Shown here in pieces: positions 1 to 13,411 of a DNA stretch of 64,000 bases (within the stretch, counting starts at the first letter, position 1; every line of letters begins with the position of its first letter). The notes beneath the pieces are model-generated. The model was given only the letters and a program-made list of their open reading frames with translations. It did no database searches and was not told the origin of the DNA. Origin of the DNA: Mobula hypostoma (taxonomy: Eukaryota); NCBI RefSeq assembly GCF_963921235.1, contig NC_086097.1, forward strand, positions 250,916,001-250,980,000. Direction: 5' to 3'. Position numbers and translations under genes: made by a program.

Positions 1-395
1 GCATATCTACAAAGAGCACTGCCACAAGAAAGCAGCATCCATCATCAAAGACCCCCACCACCCAGACCATGCTCTCTTCTCACTGCTGCCATCAGGGTCC
101 CACACCACAGGGTCAGGAACAGTTATTATCCCCCAACCACCAGGCTCCTGAACCAGAGGGGATAGTTCCACTCTCCTCAACTCTGAACTGATTCTAAAGT
201 CTACAGACTCACTTTCAAAGACTTTCCACAACTCATTCTCAGTATTATACTTTTATTCATAGTATGTCTTCTTCTGCACACTGGCTGTTTGTCAGTCTTT
301 GTTTATGTATAATTTTTTTGTAAATTCTATTGTATTTCTTTATTTTCCTGTAACTGTCTGCATGAAAATGAATGTCAAGGTCGTGGATAATGACA
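1..395 (+). mobile_element. 3' fragment of a Rex1/Babar-like LINE
   Basis: HIYKEHCHKKAASIIKDPHHPDHALFSLLPSG-type RT C-terminus plus a 3' UTR that recurs at ~17400-17750, 35300-35700 and 43450-44330. Confidence 0.7.
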
Positions 396-770
396 TAAAC
401 ACAAGAGATTCTGCAGATGCTGGAAATCCACGGCAACACACACAGAATCCTGGAGGAACTCAGCAGGTCAGGCAGCATCAATGGAGAAGAGTAAATGGCC
501 GACATTTCAGGCCGAGACCCTTCTTCAGAACTGAGGAGAGAGGGGGGAGATGCCAGAAAAAAGGTGGGGGAGGGGAAGGATGCTACCTGGATGGTAGGTG
601 AAACAAGGTGAGTAGGAAAGGTAAAGGGCTGGAGAAGAAAGAATCTGACAGGAGAGGAGAGTGGACAATAGGAGAAAGGGAAGGAGGAGGGGGCCCAGGG
701 GGAAATAATAGGTAGGTGAGAAGTGGTAAAATGCCAGAATAGGTAGTAGAGGAGGAAGGGAGGGGGACGG
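396..770 (-). mobile_element. Penelope-like element 3' repeat fragment with damaged hammerhead (496-533)
   Basis: Homologous to the ends of the GIY-YIG-bearing copies at 38342 and 40441. Confidence 0.75.
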
Positions 771-999
771 TGTCATACTGCATGCAGGTATGGTGACATA
801 TAAAGTAAAAAGCTTTATGCTACGGCTCTGTCGAAATGTGCAATATGCAATTTATAGTAATTCATAATAAATAGCATGTACAACAGGACAGTCAATATAA
901 CACAGAAATACAATTGTATCAGCATGAGTTAATCGGTCTGATGGCCTGGTGGAAGAAGCTGTCTCGGAGCCTGTTGGTCCTGGCTTTTATGCTGCAGTA

Positions 1000-3900
1000 A
1001 ACATAAATAGAAACATAGAAAACCTGCAGCATAATACAGGCTCTTAGGCTCACAATGCTGTGCTGAATATGTACTTACTGGATCCACAAAGCAAGGTCCC
1101 CTTGGATCCCATGCTTCCTTACTTTCTCAATAACCCTTGCATGGGGTACCTTGTCAAATGCCTTGCTGAAATCCATATACACTACATCTATGGCTCTACC
1201 TTCATCAATGTGTTTAGTCACATCCTTAAAAAATTCAATCAGGCACGACCTGCCTTTCACAAAGCCATGCTGACTATTCCTAATCATATTATGCCTCTCC
1301 AAATGTTCATAAATCCTGCCTCTCAAGATTTCTCCATCAACTTACCAACCACTGAAGAAAGACTCACTGGTCTATAATTTCCTGGGCTATCTCTACTCCC
1401 TTTCTTGAATGTGAACAATACCTGCAACCCTCCAATCCTCCGGAACCTCTCCCGTCCCCACTGATGATGCAAAGATCATTGCAAGAGGCTCAGCAATCTC
1501 CTCCCTCGCCTCTCACAGTAGCCTGAGGTATATCTCGTCCGGTCCCAGTGACTTATCCAACTTGATGCTTTCCAAAACCTCCAGCACATCCTCTTTCTTA
1601 ATGTGTATACGCTCAAGCTTTTCAGTCTGCTGTAAGTCGTCCCTACAATCGCCAAGATCCTTTTCCATAGTGAATACTGAAGCAAAGTTTTCATTAAGTA
1701 CCTCTGCTATCTCCTCCGGTTCCATACACACTTTTCCGCTGTCACACTTGATTGCTCCTATTCTCTTACGTCTTATCCTCTTGCTCTTCACATACTTGTA
1801 GAATGCCTTGGGGTTTTCCTTAATCCTGCTCGCCAAGACCTTTTCATGCTCCTTCTGGCTCCCCTAATTTCATTCTTAAGCTCCTTCCTGCTAGCCTTAT
1901 AATTTTCCATATCTCTACCTTTGCCTACTTTTTTGAACCTTTCATAAACTTTTCTTCCCTTCCTGCTAGAGTTTCAACAGCCTTTGCACACCACAGTTCC
2001 TGTACCTTACCACCCTTTCCCTGTCTCATTGGAATGTACCTATGCAGAACGCCACGCAAATATTCCCTGAGCATTTTCCACATTTCTGCCGTACATTTCC
2101 CTGAGAGCATCTGTTGTTAATTTATGCTTCCAAGTTCCTGCCCGATAGCTTCATATTTCCCCTTACTGCAATTAAACGTTTTCCTAACTTGTCTGTTCCT
2201 ATCTTTCTCCAATGCTCTGGTAAAGGAGATAGGATTGCGATCACTATCTCCAAAATGCTCTCCCACTGAGAGATCTGACACCTGACCAGATTCATTTCCC
2301 AACACCAGATCAAGTACAGCCTCTACTCTTGTAAGCTTATATACATATTGTGTCAGGAAACTTTCCCGAACACACCTAACAAACCCCACCCCATCTAAAC
2401 CCCTCATTCTAGGGAGATGCCAATCAATATTGGGGAAATTAAAATCTCCCATCATGACAGGCACATCTCCCATTATTGCACAGTTCCAGAACCTCTCTCC
2501 CTATCTGCTCCTCATTGTCCCTGTTACTATTGGGTGGTCTTTAAAAAACACCCACTAGAATTATTGACTCCTTCCTGTTCCTAACTTCCACTCACAGAGA
2601 CCTGTAGACAATACATCCATGACATCCTCTTTATCTGCAGCCGTGATATTATCTCTGATCAGCAGTTCCATGCCCCCACCTCTTTTACTTCCCTCCCCGT
2701 CCTTTCTGAAACATCTAAAGCTTGGCACTCAAAGTAACCATTCCTGTCCCTGAGCCATCCAAGGCTCTGTAATGGCCACAACACCATAGCTCCAAGTACT
2801 GATCCACGCTCTAAGCTCATCCGCTTTGTTCATAATACTCCTTGCATTAAAACAGACACATCTCAAACCATCAGCTGAGCACATCCCTTCTCTATCACCT
2901 ACCTATCCTCCCTCTCACCTTGCCTACAAGCTTTCTCTATTTGTGAGCCAACCACCTCTTCCTTGGTCTTTTCAGTTCGGTTCCCACCCCCCAGCAATTC
3001 TAGTTTAAACTCTCTCCAATAGCCTGAACAAACCTCCCCGCCAGGATATTGGTCCCCCTGGGATTCAAGTACAACCCATCCTTTTTGTACAGGTCACACC
3101 TGCCCCAAAAGAGGTCCCAATGATGCAGAAATCTGAATCCCTGCCCCTTGCTCCAATCCCTCAGCCACACATTTATCCTCCACCTCACTCTATTCCTATA
3201 TTCACTGTCACGTGGCACAGGCAGTAATCCCGAGATTACTACCTTTATGGTCCTGCTTCTCAACTTCCTTCCTAACTCCCTGTAGTCTGTTTTCAGGACC
3301 TCTTCCCTTTTCCTGCCTATGTCGTTGGTACCAATGTGTACCTCGACCTCTGGCTGTTCACCTTCCCACTTCAGGATATTGTGGACGCGATTAGAAACAT
3401 CCCGGACCCTAGCACCTGGGAGGCAAACTACCATCCGTGTTTCTTTCCTGCGTCCACAGAATCACCTGTCTGACCCCCTAACTCTAGAGTCTCCTATCGC
3501 TGCTGCCATCCTCTTCCTTTCCCAACCCTTCTGAGCCATAGGGCCAGACCCTGTGGCAGAGGCACGACCACTGTTGCTTCCCCCAGGTAGGTCACTCCCC
3601 CCAACAGTACTCAAGCAGGAGTACTTATTGTTGAGGGGGACAGCCACAGGGGCACTCTCTAGTATCTGACTCCTGCCCTTCCCTCTCCTGACTGTTACCC
3701 ACTTACCTGTCTCCCGAAGCCCCAGTGTGACTACTTGCCTATAGCTCCTCACTTTTCCTGACCATCTCCAGTTCCCTAACCCAGTCATTAAGGAGCTGCA
3801 GCTCCATGCACCTGGTGCAGATGTGGCCGTCCGGGAGACTGGGAGACTCCAGGACCTCCCACATCTGACACCCAGTACAGGACACCGGCCTCGCAGACAT

Positions 3901-4370
3901 ACTTCCTATTCCTGCTCTTCACAAGTAACTTATCTCGCCTCGACCCTCTATCGCCGAAGCCCTATTGAGCCAAAGCCTTGCTACTCTGACTCCCTCTACT
4001 CCGACACCCGCTCTATAAAGCTATCTTCTTTTAAAATTCTTCATGCTGGTCTAACTCACTAACGTCCACGCGCCTGTGCAGTCATGCCTTGATCAAACAG
4101 CTGAAGAAAAAATGCTCTCCTTTTAAGTCCGTCCCGCCAGTCTAACTCGCTGACGTCCACATGCCTATGCAGTTGTGCCTCGATCAAAACGTTGAAGAAA
4201 AAATGCCCTCCTTTTAAGTCCTTCCCGCCAGTCTAACTCGCTGACATCCATGTGTCTGCTCAGTCGTGCCTCGATCAAACTGCTGAAGAAAAAATGTTCT
4301 GCTTTTAAATCCTTCCCACTGGTCTAACTTACTGACGTCCACGTGCCCGTGCAGTTGTGCCTCAATCCAT
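1000..4370 (-). mobile_element. CR1 LINE with 5' UTR, ORF1 (SGNH esterase) and decayed ORF2 (APE endonuclease, RT N-half); internally deleted onto its 3' tail
   Basis: ORF1 VCLPGARV..HIGTNDIG; ORF2 GDFNFPNIDW, QHGFVKGRSC, VYMDFSKAFDKVPH; RT joined at ~1079 to a (TTTCTATG)n-type tail. Confidence 0.9.
4027..4367. repeat. Tandem array of ~91-bp monomers (~3.7 copies) in the CR1 5' UTR
   Basis: TTTTAA anchor at ~4029, 4121, 4212 and 4303. Confidence 0.9.
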
Positions 4371-4774
4371 GCACTCCTTTTCAAAGTTCAAAGTAAATTT
4401 ATCATCAAGGAACGTATACGTTACCATATTCACAAACGTTTGTACCTTGAGGTTCATTTTCTTGTGGGCATTTACAATAGAACAAAGAAATACAGTAGAA
4501 TCAATGAAAAATTACACACAAACAAATTAAGACATCTTCGCCAACCAACCCATGGCAAATGCATTCATACATTTATACAATATTTTTACGTGACTATGCA
4601 AAAATATTTCTAAAATTAGATTTTCAGATTGCTGAGGCTTTATAAGACCGCATTTGGAGTATTGTGAGCAGTTTTAGGCCCCTTATCTAAGAAAAGATGT
4701 GCTGGCATTGGTGAGGATCCTCTGTCTGATGGTCTAAGACTCTCAAGAAATAGAAATCCAGCTCCTTTCCCTAC

Positions 4775-4959
4775 CTTTCAGCTGAACTCTGTGCACGAAT
4801 GCCTGCTAAAAGATCTCTCAGTACTTTTAGTTTCCCTGAATCCGTGGCAGTGAATACGTCTGGTTCACGGTTCATCGAAAATATGCTGGTCAGATCTTTG
4901 TAAGGGTTCATGTCCAACGGTGGATCAAAATTGGGATTTATGGAGCAATTTTCATTTCC
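4775..4959 (-). CDS. RAD54B: RAD54B coding exon (exon 11); absent from the ORF track
   Basis: ctttcttag|GGA ... GAAAG|gtagg; 185 nt; GNENCSINPNFDPPLDMNPYKDLTSIFSMNREPDVFTATDSGKLKVLRDLLAGIRAQSSAER. Confidence 0.92.
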
Positions 4960-5134
4960 CTAAGAAAGTGAAGAGACTCGGGTCATTTATTCCATTTTAA
5001 TTAATGTGCCAGAAACCAAGATAATTCTTAACAGTGCTTCGAAAGCTTTTCTCTGAAGAAATATTGACTCCAAAGTAGCAGGTTACACTGCTCTTCAATA
5101 CATTATTCTGGGATATATTTCTGAGGTGCACAGA

Positions 5135-5972
5135 CCATAGACATTACAGCATAGTACAAGCCCTTTGGTTCACAATGTTGAGCTGACTTTTTAACCTACT
5201 CTAAGATCAAGCTAACCCTTCCCTCCCACAAAGCCCTCAATGTTTCTTTCATCAATCTAAGAGTTTCTTAAACGTTCCTAATATACTTGCCTCTACCACC
5301 ACCTCTGGCAGTGTGTTCCATGCACCCACCAATCTGTGTAAAGAACCTAAACCTCTGACATTCCCCCCTCCCCCATACTTTCCTCCAGTCACCTTAAAAT
5401 AATGCCCCCTTGTATTCACCATTTCTGTCCTGGAAAAAACACTCTAGCTGTCCACTCAGTCAATGCCTCTTATCATCTTGTACACCTCTTTCACTCCAAA
5501 GGGAAAAGCCCTGACTCAGTCAACCCTTCTTCATAAGACATGCTCCCTGATCCCAGGCAGCACCCTGGTAAATCTCCTCTGCACCTCTCTAAGGCAAATT
5601 CATCCATTTCTATAAACACAGCACATTTTTACCCAACAATTAAACTACTAAGTCATTAAAGTACTTTTTAAATTCATACTTCTTAAATCAATATTAATCC
5701 TCAAGCAGCTATACTCATTCACCTCAATGCAGAATTATCAGAACATTTTTGTGAAGTGAACTCTATTGCAGAAAAAGTATTAAGAAATGACAGAAATGGT
5801 CAATAATAGCGCTATAGGGCTATTAATAGAAACATAGAAAACCTACAGCACAATACAGGCCCTTCAGCCCACAAAGTTGTGCTGAACATCTCCCTACCTT
5901 AGAAATTACCAGGCTTACCTATAGCCCCCGAGTTTTCTAAGCTCCATGTACCTATCCAAAAGTCTCTTAAGA
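5135..5972 (-). mobile_element. CR1 3'-end fragments (two pieces, ~5135-5590 and ~5825-5972)
   Basis: Match the 3' end of the CR1 at 27766-28250. Confidence 0.75.
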
Positions 5973-6559
5973 GTTTTGTTTTATTAAAACAAAAACTTCA
6001 TGCCATTTAAAAAGTTTCTTCCCCAGGCAGTTAACCTGATCAACCATTCTAGTTAGCCCCCTCCCTACCCCCTCTATCTTTTACCCACTGTCACTGCAGT
6101 GCACTGTAAACACTTTAAACCACTTTTTTGTAAAGCTGTTTACATACTGGCATTTACATATTTAAGGACATTTTATTCCATATCTGTACTTTAACCTCTA
6201 ACTTCATTTTTTATATAATTATTTACATTTTATATTTGTTGAATGTTGCTGTTTTTGTTGCATGTCACACCCTGACCAACACACCACAGCAAATTCCCAA
6301 TACTTGTAAATGTATTTGGTGAATAAAGTTTACCCTTGATCCTTGAAAAAACTGTTAGCGGCTCCTCTGTGTTTTTGTAAAGTAAACTTTTCTCCATTCC
6401 TCGCCTGAATCATGTTGCAATAAAAGTCAAAGGCTCAAATTATTACTTTCACTAACAAACTATTCATCTCTGTTAGGGCCAACAGTTTGGTCTATTCCAG
6501 CATTTTGATTTCTGCTGATTTGCTGATGTGATGATAGGCATTTGGAAAAGAAATAGTGT

Positions 6560-7960
6560 CATAGAGTGATAGAGCACAGAGCACAGAATAGGCCCTTTGG
6601 TCCGTCTAGACCACACTGAACCGTTATTCTGTCTAGTCCCATCAACCGGCACCTTCAACCCCCTCCACACCCTTCCCACCTACGTACTTGTCCAAATTTC
6701 CCTTAACTATTGCTATCAAGCCCACATTCACCACTTCCACTAGCATCTCATTCCACAATCGCACTATCCTCAGAGTCCAAGTTTGGAACTTACCCACTCA
6801 GGTGCCCCTTAAATATTTCACCTTTCATCCTTAGCCTGTGACCTCTAATTCTCATCTCAATCTCAGTAGAAAAAGCCTGCTATCTATACCTCTCATAATT
6901 TTGTATACCTCTATCAAATCTCCCCTCATTCTCCTATGCAAAGGGAATACATTCCTAACCTATTCAAGCTTTCCCTCTAACTCAGCTCCGGCAGTTCTGA
7001 CAACATACTTGTAAATTTTCACTCTATTCTTTTGTTATCTTTTCATGAGCAGAGAGCATTCTGCCAGGCTGCATGATTGAATGGTCCAGAAACTGCCCTG
7101 CGGTGGACAGGAAGACTCTACAATGGGTTGTCAAAACTGCCCAACGCATCACCAGCACCAGCCTACCAACCATCAAGGGCAATATATACAGAAAGGTGCC
7201 GGACAAGGACCAGTAACATCTTGAAGGATCCCACTAACCCTGCTCATGGACTGTTTGTCCCACTCCCATCAGAGAGGAGGCTATGCAATATCCATGCCAG
7301 GAACACCAGACTGAAAAACTGTTACTTTCCCCAAGCAGTAAGGCTGATCAACACCTCCACCCACTAACCCACCCCTCCACACCCCCAACCACCACTACTT
7401 TATCATTTCCTGTCAGTCCAGACACTCCTCTGCCGAGAGTCACTTTGTGAACGTACAATCAATCTGTGTAAAAACTATCTTATGTATTTACATTTATTGT
7501 GTTCTTTATCTTACTGTGTTTATTTTTTGAGCTGCACTGGATCTATTTATTTTATGTATTTAGAGATACAGCATGAAGTATGCCCTTCTGGCCCTTCAAG
7601 TCGTGCCGCCCCCAACAACTACCGTGGCACACAATTCCAGGGTACCGAACAGATAATCAAATGGCCAACTAATCTAATCTCTTCTGCCTACACAATGTCC
7701 ATATCCTTTCATTTCCCTCACGTTCATGTGCCTATCTAAGTGTCTCTTAAAAGTCTCCAACATATCTGCCTCTACCACCACCAAAGGCAGTGCATTCCAG
7801 GCACCCACCACTGTGTGTGCAAAAAAACTTGCCTCTTGTATCTCCTTTGAAATTAACCCATCTCACCTTAAATGTATGTCCTCTGGTACTAGACATTTCA
7901 ACCCTGGGAGAAAAAGATATTGTCTGCCTCCTCTAACTATGCCTGTCATAATCTTATAAA
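6560..7960. mobile_element. Cluster of LINE 3' fragments: CR1 (-, ~6560-7030), Rex1-like (+, ~7050-7540), CR1 (-, ~7625-7960)
   Basis: Decayed GDLIEVYKIM and ILKDPTNPAHGLFVPLPS motifs. Confidence 0.7.
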
Positions 7961-8013
7961 GATTACTACTGGCTCTTAGGGAGCTGATGCTCATATGCAC
8001 CTCAAACCAATAC

Positions 8014-8304
8014 CTTTATTGTATTATAGAGAAGCGTAGGGTGATTGCAGAGTTTCTTCAGTAACCCTATGCATATTAAGTGGAGACTGCTATCCAGCGT
8101 TCCCTGTAGGAAAGATTTCACTGTGTGAGACGACAGTATCTTGTGATAGAGTTCGAGCTGCAGCGCAGTGGGGCGGCAGAAGATAATCCATTCAGTCTTT
8201 GGAGGGAGGTAATTGTTAATGATGTCCTGTGTGCGCCGAAGTATGAAGAGCCCCGTTAATCGGCATAGCTCCGCTGCCCTTTCTTCACCCAACTGCTTTT
8301 CATC
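8014..8304 (-). CDS. RAD54B: RAD54B coding exon (exon 10)
   Basis: ttttgtccgcag|GAT ... AAG|gtat; 291 nt; DEKQLGEERAAELCRLTGLFILRRTQ...LKKLCNHPTLLYNTIK. Confidence 0.96.
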
Positions 8305-9049
8305 CTGCGGACAAAAAGAAATCGCAAATGAGCAAAGGCTGGAACGTTGAGGAGAGAATTCCTGAATTAATGCATTTTCGAACAAGGCTTCATTGTTTAT
8401 TGTTCAGCTTTACGGGCATTTTTAGCCAAGAAACTGAATAATTGTATAGGTTAAACTTGCAAACACATACACCCGAAACATCTCTATTGTAATATTATTA
8501 AATATTTGGAGGCTTGAAAACAATTTAACACAATCAGATTTGCTTGTAAAATCTTTATTCATGCCACTTTTTGCATCATCTTGCTGTTCACCCTCCATTC
8601 TGAAGCTAGCCAGTCTGAGGTGCATGTGGGTGGTCCATAAGAGGCATATTATGATCAGAAACTTGATGCCTTTTGTACAATTCCTTTACAAACTCATTGC
8701 AGTGGCAAACAATGGTCAAAATTTAAAGCAGAAAACAAAGATACGCACGAAGAGACTGAAGTTCAGTTTTATCATACAAAGCTGACACTCTGCCTAGTTC
8801 TGATACATAGTGGATTTCCCCTGCCTCACCTTAAAAATCAGCAGCTGGTGGCGTATTTCTAAGATTAAGATTAATGTTATTTGTCGCATTTCAAATAAAA
8901 CAGACAGGAAAAAGTGTCACTGGTGTCAACAACCAATCAGTCTGAGTATGAACTGGGGGCAGCCCGCAAGTTTCGTAATGCTTCCAGCACCACCATGATA
9001 TGCCCACAATTTGCTAATCCTAGTATGTCTTTGGAAAATGGGAGGAAAG

Positions 9050-9196
9050 CTTCCTTCAGTTAGTCCTGACGAAGGGTCTCGGCCCGAAATGTCAACTGTA
9101 CCTCTTCCTAGAGATGCTGCCTGGTCTGCTGCGTTCACCAGCAACTTTGATGTGTGTTGCTTGAATTTCCAGCATCTGCAGAATTCCTCGTGTTTA
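9050..9196 (+). mobile_element. Penelope-like 3' terminal fragment (young subfamily)
   Basis: Near-identical to 41430-41574. Confidence 0.85.
9061..9098 (+). ncRNA. Minimal type I hammerhead ribozyme motif (core intact, stem I mismatch)
   Basis: TAGTC CTGACGA AGGGTCTCGGCCC GAAA TG TC AACTG. Confidence 0.65.
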
Positions 9197-9244
9197 TGAT
9201 ATAATATTCAAGTAGACAAAAGCATACTTATGGAGGGTATGCTG

Positions 9245-12200
9245 GAGTACGTTGTTTATAAAGGCTTGGAAAATGCTGGAGTGTTTGCAAGGCCGAAGGG
9301 CATAACCAGGTACTCATAGTGCCCGGGTGGTGTATTCAATGCAGTCTTCCACTCATCACCTTCCCTAATAAGGACCAGATTATATGCAGTCCATAGGTCT
9401 AGTTTTGTGAATATCCACGCTCTAAGGAGCACTTCAGAAGTTGTATTTATGAGTGGAAGAGGTTAGCGATTCTTGGCCATTATGCAGTTTAACCCCCAAT
9501 AATCAATGCATGGCCGCAGGCTCCCATATTTCCCGAAGCAGAAGCCTGCACTGGCGGGTGAGGTGGAGGACCGAATGAAGCCTGTGAAAAGAGTTTCCTT
9601 TATATACTTCTTCATTGCACTTCTCTCTGGGCTTGACAGCGTACAATTGATCCCATGGGGGACAAGAACCAGGCAGAGGTCAATAGCACAGTTGTAGGGT
9701 TGGTGCGGTGGAAGAGTTGAGGCCTTTCCCTTGCTGAAGAACTCCTCCAAACCCTTGTAGACGGAGGGGATTTCGACCAGTTTGAGTGTTGCTGTCTCCT
9801 CCGGACCTTCCTTCGAGGGTGTCTCCTGAGGCTTCTTAGGTGACAGGGGTGATTTGACAGACCTCAGAGTCCTCTCCCTACATTCACAAAATTCCCTCAT
9901 AGAAACAGCGGCTAAATCAAAGTCCAAATCCCCGCTTGCCTCCTCAGGCAACAGTAGCGAGGCATTACAGAGGTTCTCTCCCTCACCCCACTCCTCCCCC
10001 AGAACAGGCTTCAAGGATCAGTGTACAGGAGTCTCTCCCCTCCTTGAGACCTGGCGGCTGGAAGCATAAGCTTAGCGGCAGGTTTCCCAGACACCTCAGG
10101 CACCTCTTTGGACCTTTCCTGAACTAGAAATTCCCTCCCTATAGTTCTATAGGTCCATAAGACATTGGAGCAGAATTAGGCCATTTGGCCCATCAAGTCT
10201 GCTCTGCCATTCAATCATAGCTGATCCTTTTATTCCCCTCCTCAGCCCCACACCCCAGCCTTCTCTCTGTAACCTTTGATGCCGTGTCCAATCAAGAACA
10301 TATCAAGCTCTGCCTTAAATACGACCTGGCTTCCACAACTGCTTGTGGTCTGGCTAAAGAAATTTTCTGCATCTCTGTTTTAAATGTATGCCCCTCTATC
10401 CTGAGGCTGTGCCCTCTTGTCCTAGACTCCCCCACCACAGGAAACATCCTTTCCAAGTTACCCTGTCTAGCCCTTTCAACATTCGAAAGGTTTCAGTGAG
10501 GTTCCCCCTCATCCTCCTGAACTCCATCGAGTACAGACCCAGAGCTATGAAATGTTCCTTGCATGATAACCCTTTCATTCCCAGAATCATCCTTGTGAAT
10601 CTCCTCTTAACTCTCTCCAATGCCTCTTGAAAAGTCTGAACCTCTTGAGTCGTCTTGTTCCTTCAGGATCCCGATTTGTCTGCTCTTGAGGACACGACTA
10701 AGTTTCCAGAAGGTCTTAGGTTCCCTCATACTGACAGCCGCCTCCTTATTTGTCATTGGTCATGGAAGACTCTGGGTCTCGGAATACCATGCAGCAAACA
10801 AACTCTCTTACAATGACTGGACCAAGCAATGATTCTCCACTCTTTCCAGTCTGCCGACGGACTACGCTGCGACAGCCAAGGATACCCGAGGATCGGGGTA
10901 TGAGTGAAGAGTCAATAACGTAGGGACTAATGTCTTCCACATGATCCCTATCCTCATCTGCAAACCCACTGTCTGTTCCTGAATCTGCCTGGACTGTAGC
11001 GGGTGGTCGTCCAGGACTGTCGAAGAGAGCCAGTTCGAGCCCGTCCCTACGCATTGCCCGGGCATGGGCTGGCTCAATTCTCACAGCGGTATGTCGAATC
11101 AACAGACAGTTCTTAAATCCCAAGAATTACCCATTGCCCCAGAGTCCACAAAAGCCTTTACCTGCCTCAGGTTCTTATCCTGCCTATCTCCATCTTTGGC
11201 ACGAAACCAGACTCCATGGGGTTGGGCGTAGTAGCTGCTACTGTCACAGTCCTCCTGCCACTGGACAGTCTTAGCAGATCTCCAGGTGGCTGTAGCTTTG
11301 GACGTTCAGCTGCAGGTGACCTGCTTCACTGCAGTAAAAGCAATCACCTTGACCCCAATGCCGGGACCTCTCATCAGCGGAGTCTAGTGCAACCAGCTTG
11401 CATGGGTTTGACTGGAACTTGAGCAGGCAACAGGCCGATGTTGGCCCGAGGCTGAGGAGTGGAACTGCGATGCGTAGAGACTGGGCTCAGAATGGCTCTC
11501 TTCAACCTCCTGAAGTGGTTCCACTTTCGCCCTGTCAGACAATTATCAAAATGGATGGATTGGTCGATCCGAACCTCTCTGTTGGCTCTCTGAAGGCGAG
11601 CGCATCCTTCAGCTCATCTTGGAGTCCTGGTATAGCGCTCTCCTGGGCCAAGATTTCAATCACCTAGTCGGCCACTGACCATCCTCCCTGTTGAATGTGA
11701 AATCTTTATCAGCCGGTCCAAGGCTCGCTGGCTCTGGTGGGGTGATGAAACACCTTTCTCCTAGCGTTCATGAATTCCTCCGAATCCAAGCAAATCTCTG
11801 ACCTACGTTTGCAACGTGCCGTAGCCCAGGCTAGGGTACTTCCAGTCAGAAGAGAGATGGTGAAGGCCACCTTGCCGCCCTCCGAAGTGAACCAGGACGC
11901 TGGGAGTTCAAATACTAATGAGCATTGTACGAGGAAGCCGCAGCACGAACCCAGATCCCACCGAATCTCTCCAGGGCTGGAAGATGGATTGGCACTGCAA
12001 AGCAATCAACAGCCTCAACTGAACGACTTTGGTTTCCTCCCAGTAATAGTCTGGCAAACGGCGACCTGGAGGTCATGTATCTCCAGGCTCTTTCTGGAAA
12101 TTTTCCCGCTGTGGCCGCTGATGAATTTTCCCAGCTGACGAACGGCTCTGATACCTCTCTGGTTCCGTGTTGGCTCAAGTGTACTGTGACAAAAGCCCTT

Positions 12201-12445
12201 GATGAGGGTGGTTTGGACCCAAATGCTGTGGTATCCAAAGCAAGGTATCAAACTGGAACTGAGCACAAAACAAAGGCTAGACAATACCACCAGTAGGTTT
12301 ATGATTGAGCACCAAACACAGTTCTGATGTTCCTCAAATACTCAATTCTTGGCGCTCGAAACATGATTACCAATTAGCAGGACCATCCTGAACCCTTAAA
12401 GGGGTCGTGCCAGCTTTCACAGCCAGGCTCAGGACCGTCCATGCT
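9245..12445 (-). mobile_element. Decayed Ty3/gypsy LTR retrotransposon, sushi/PEG10-like, truncated after RT
   Basis: gag (CCGFLVQCSLVFE..KVAFTISLLTGSTLAWA), protease AFVDSGAMGN (~11130-11160), RT ([42 protein letters not shown]); LTR remnant ending TGTCACA at 12185. Confidence 0.85.
10150..10625 (-). mobile_element. CR1 3' fragment nested in the gypsy element
   Basis: ERVKRRFTRMILGMKGLS..LGLYSMEFRRMRG. Confidence 0.85.
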
Positions 12446-12494
12446 AGTTTAAGAATTCTTAAACCATGTTTAAGAATTAACATCTTTTTCATAC

Positions 12495-12634
12495 CTTGGT
12501 TGCAGAGGGTTGCTGTGACCGGACGATAGGCTCCTCATAAATCTTTTTGTAAGTGGATGAAGATCCAAGGACACCTGGATTCACAAATTCTACTAGAGAG
12601 TAGAACTCCTGAAGATCATTTTGTATTGGAGTAC
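12495..12634 (-). CDS. RAD54B: RAD54B coding exon (exon 9; motif III); absent from the ORF track
   Basis: ttacag|GT ... AAG|gtat; 140 nt; GTPIQNDLQEFYSLVEFVNPGVLGSSSTYKKIYEEPIVRSQQPSATK. Confidence 0.95.
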
Positions 12635-13411
12635 CTGTAATGCAACCAAATTTACTTTGAATATATGATCTATCAAATCTTTACAATGATTGCTTATTGC
12701 ACACAGATTCCTTATTAATTTATGATTTTTCTTTGTATTTGCAGTTTGTTGTATTTTGCACACTGGTTGTTTGTCTCTGTCGTGTGCAGCATTTCAAAGG
12801 TTCTATTGGGTTTGTTTGCATTTACAGTGAATGCCCACAAGAAAATGAATCTCAGCATAGTATATGGTGACACACACAGTACTGTGCAAATGTGTCAAGC
12901 ACATAGATATGATATATCTAGGTTGAAGACTTTTGCACAATTCTGTAGTAATTTTATGTATTGCACTCTACTACTGCCACAAAAAAACTAGTTTCATACT
13001 GTATATGAGTGATGATAAACCTGATTCTGATACAGGTCTATATTGTGGACTGAGAGTGGGAAGGGGGCAGAAGAGGGGAATCATGGTTGGGAAAAGGGGA
13101 AGGGAGAGGGGAGGGAGCAGGAAGCACTGGAGAGACATTCTGTAACGATCAATAAACCGATTGTTTGGAATCAAATGACCTTGCCTGGTGTCTCAGGCCT
13201 GGGTGTGTCTGAGTGATCCAAAGGCATGAAGGTGGCAGGGAAGGAATGCTGGGGCAGGGTGGTGGATGTAAATGTACATATAAATCAATTAACTTATGCA
13301 AGTGCCATAGAACATAGAACACTACAGTACAGTACAGGTCCTTTGGCTCACAAATGTTGTGCCAACCATTTAACCTACTCCAAAATCAAGCTAACCCTTC
13401 CCTCCCACACA

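Noticed and set aside
9245..12185. Domesticated PEG10/RTL-like gene
   Set aside because: Multiple stops and frameshifts, a CR1 insertion and 3' truncation indicate a dead sushi-like element.
12165..12320. Tf1/sushi-type self-priming PBS pairing
   Set aside because: Only a 6-nt match (TTGAGC) to the PBS region was found in the LTR remnant, too weak to support.
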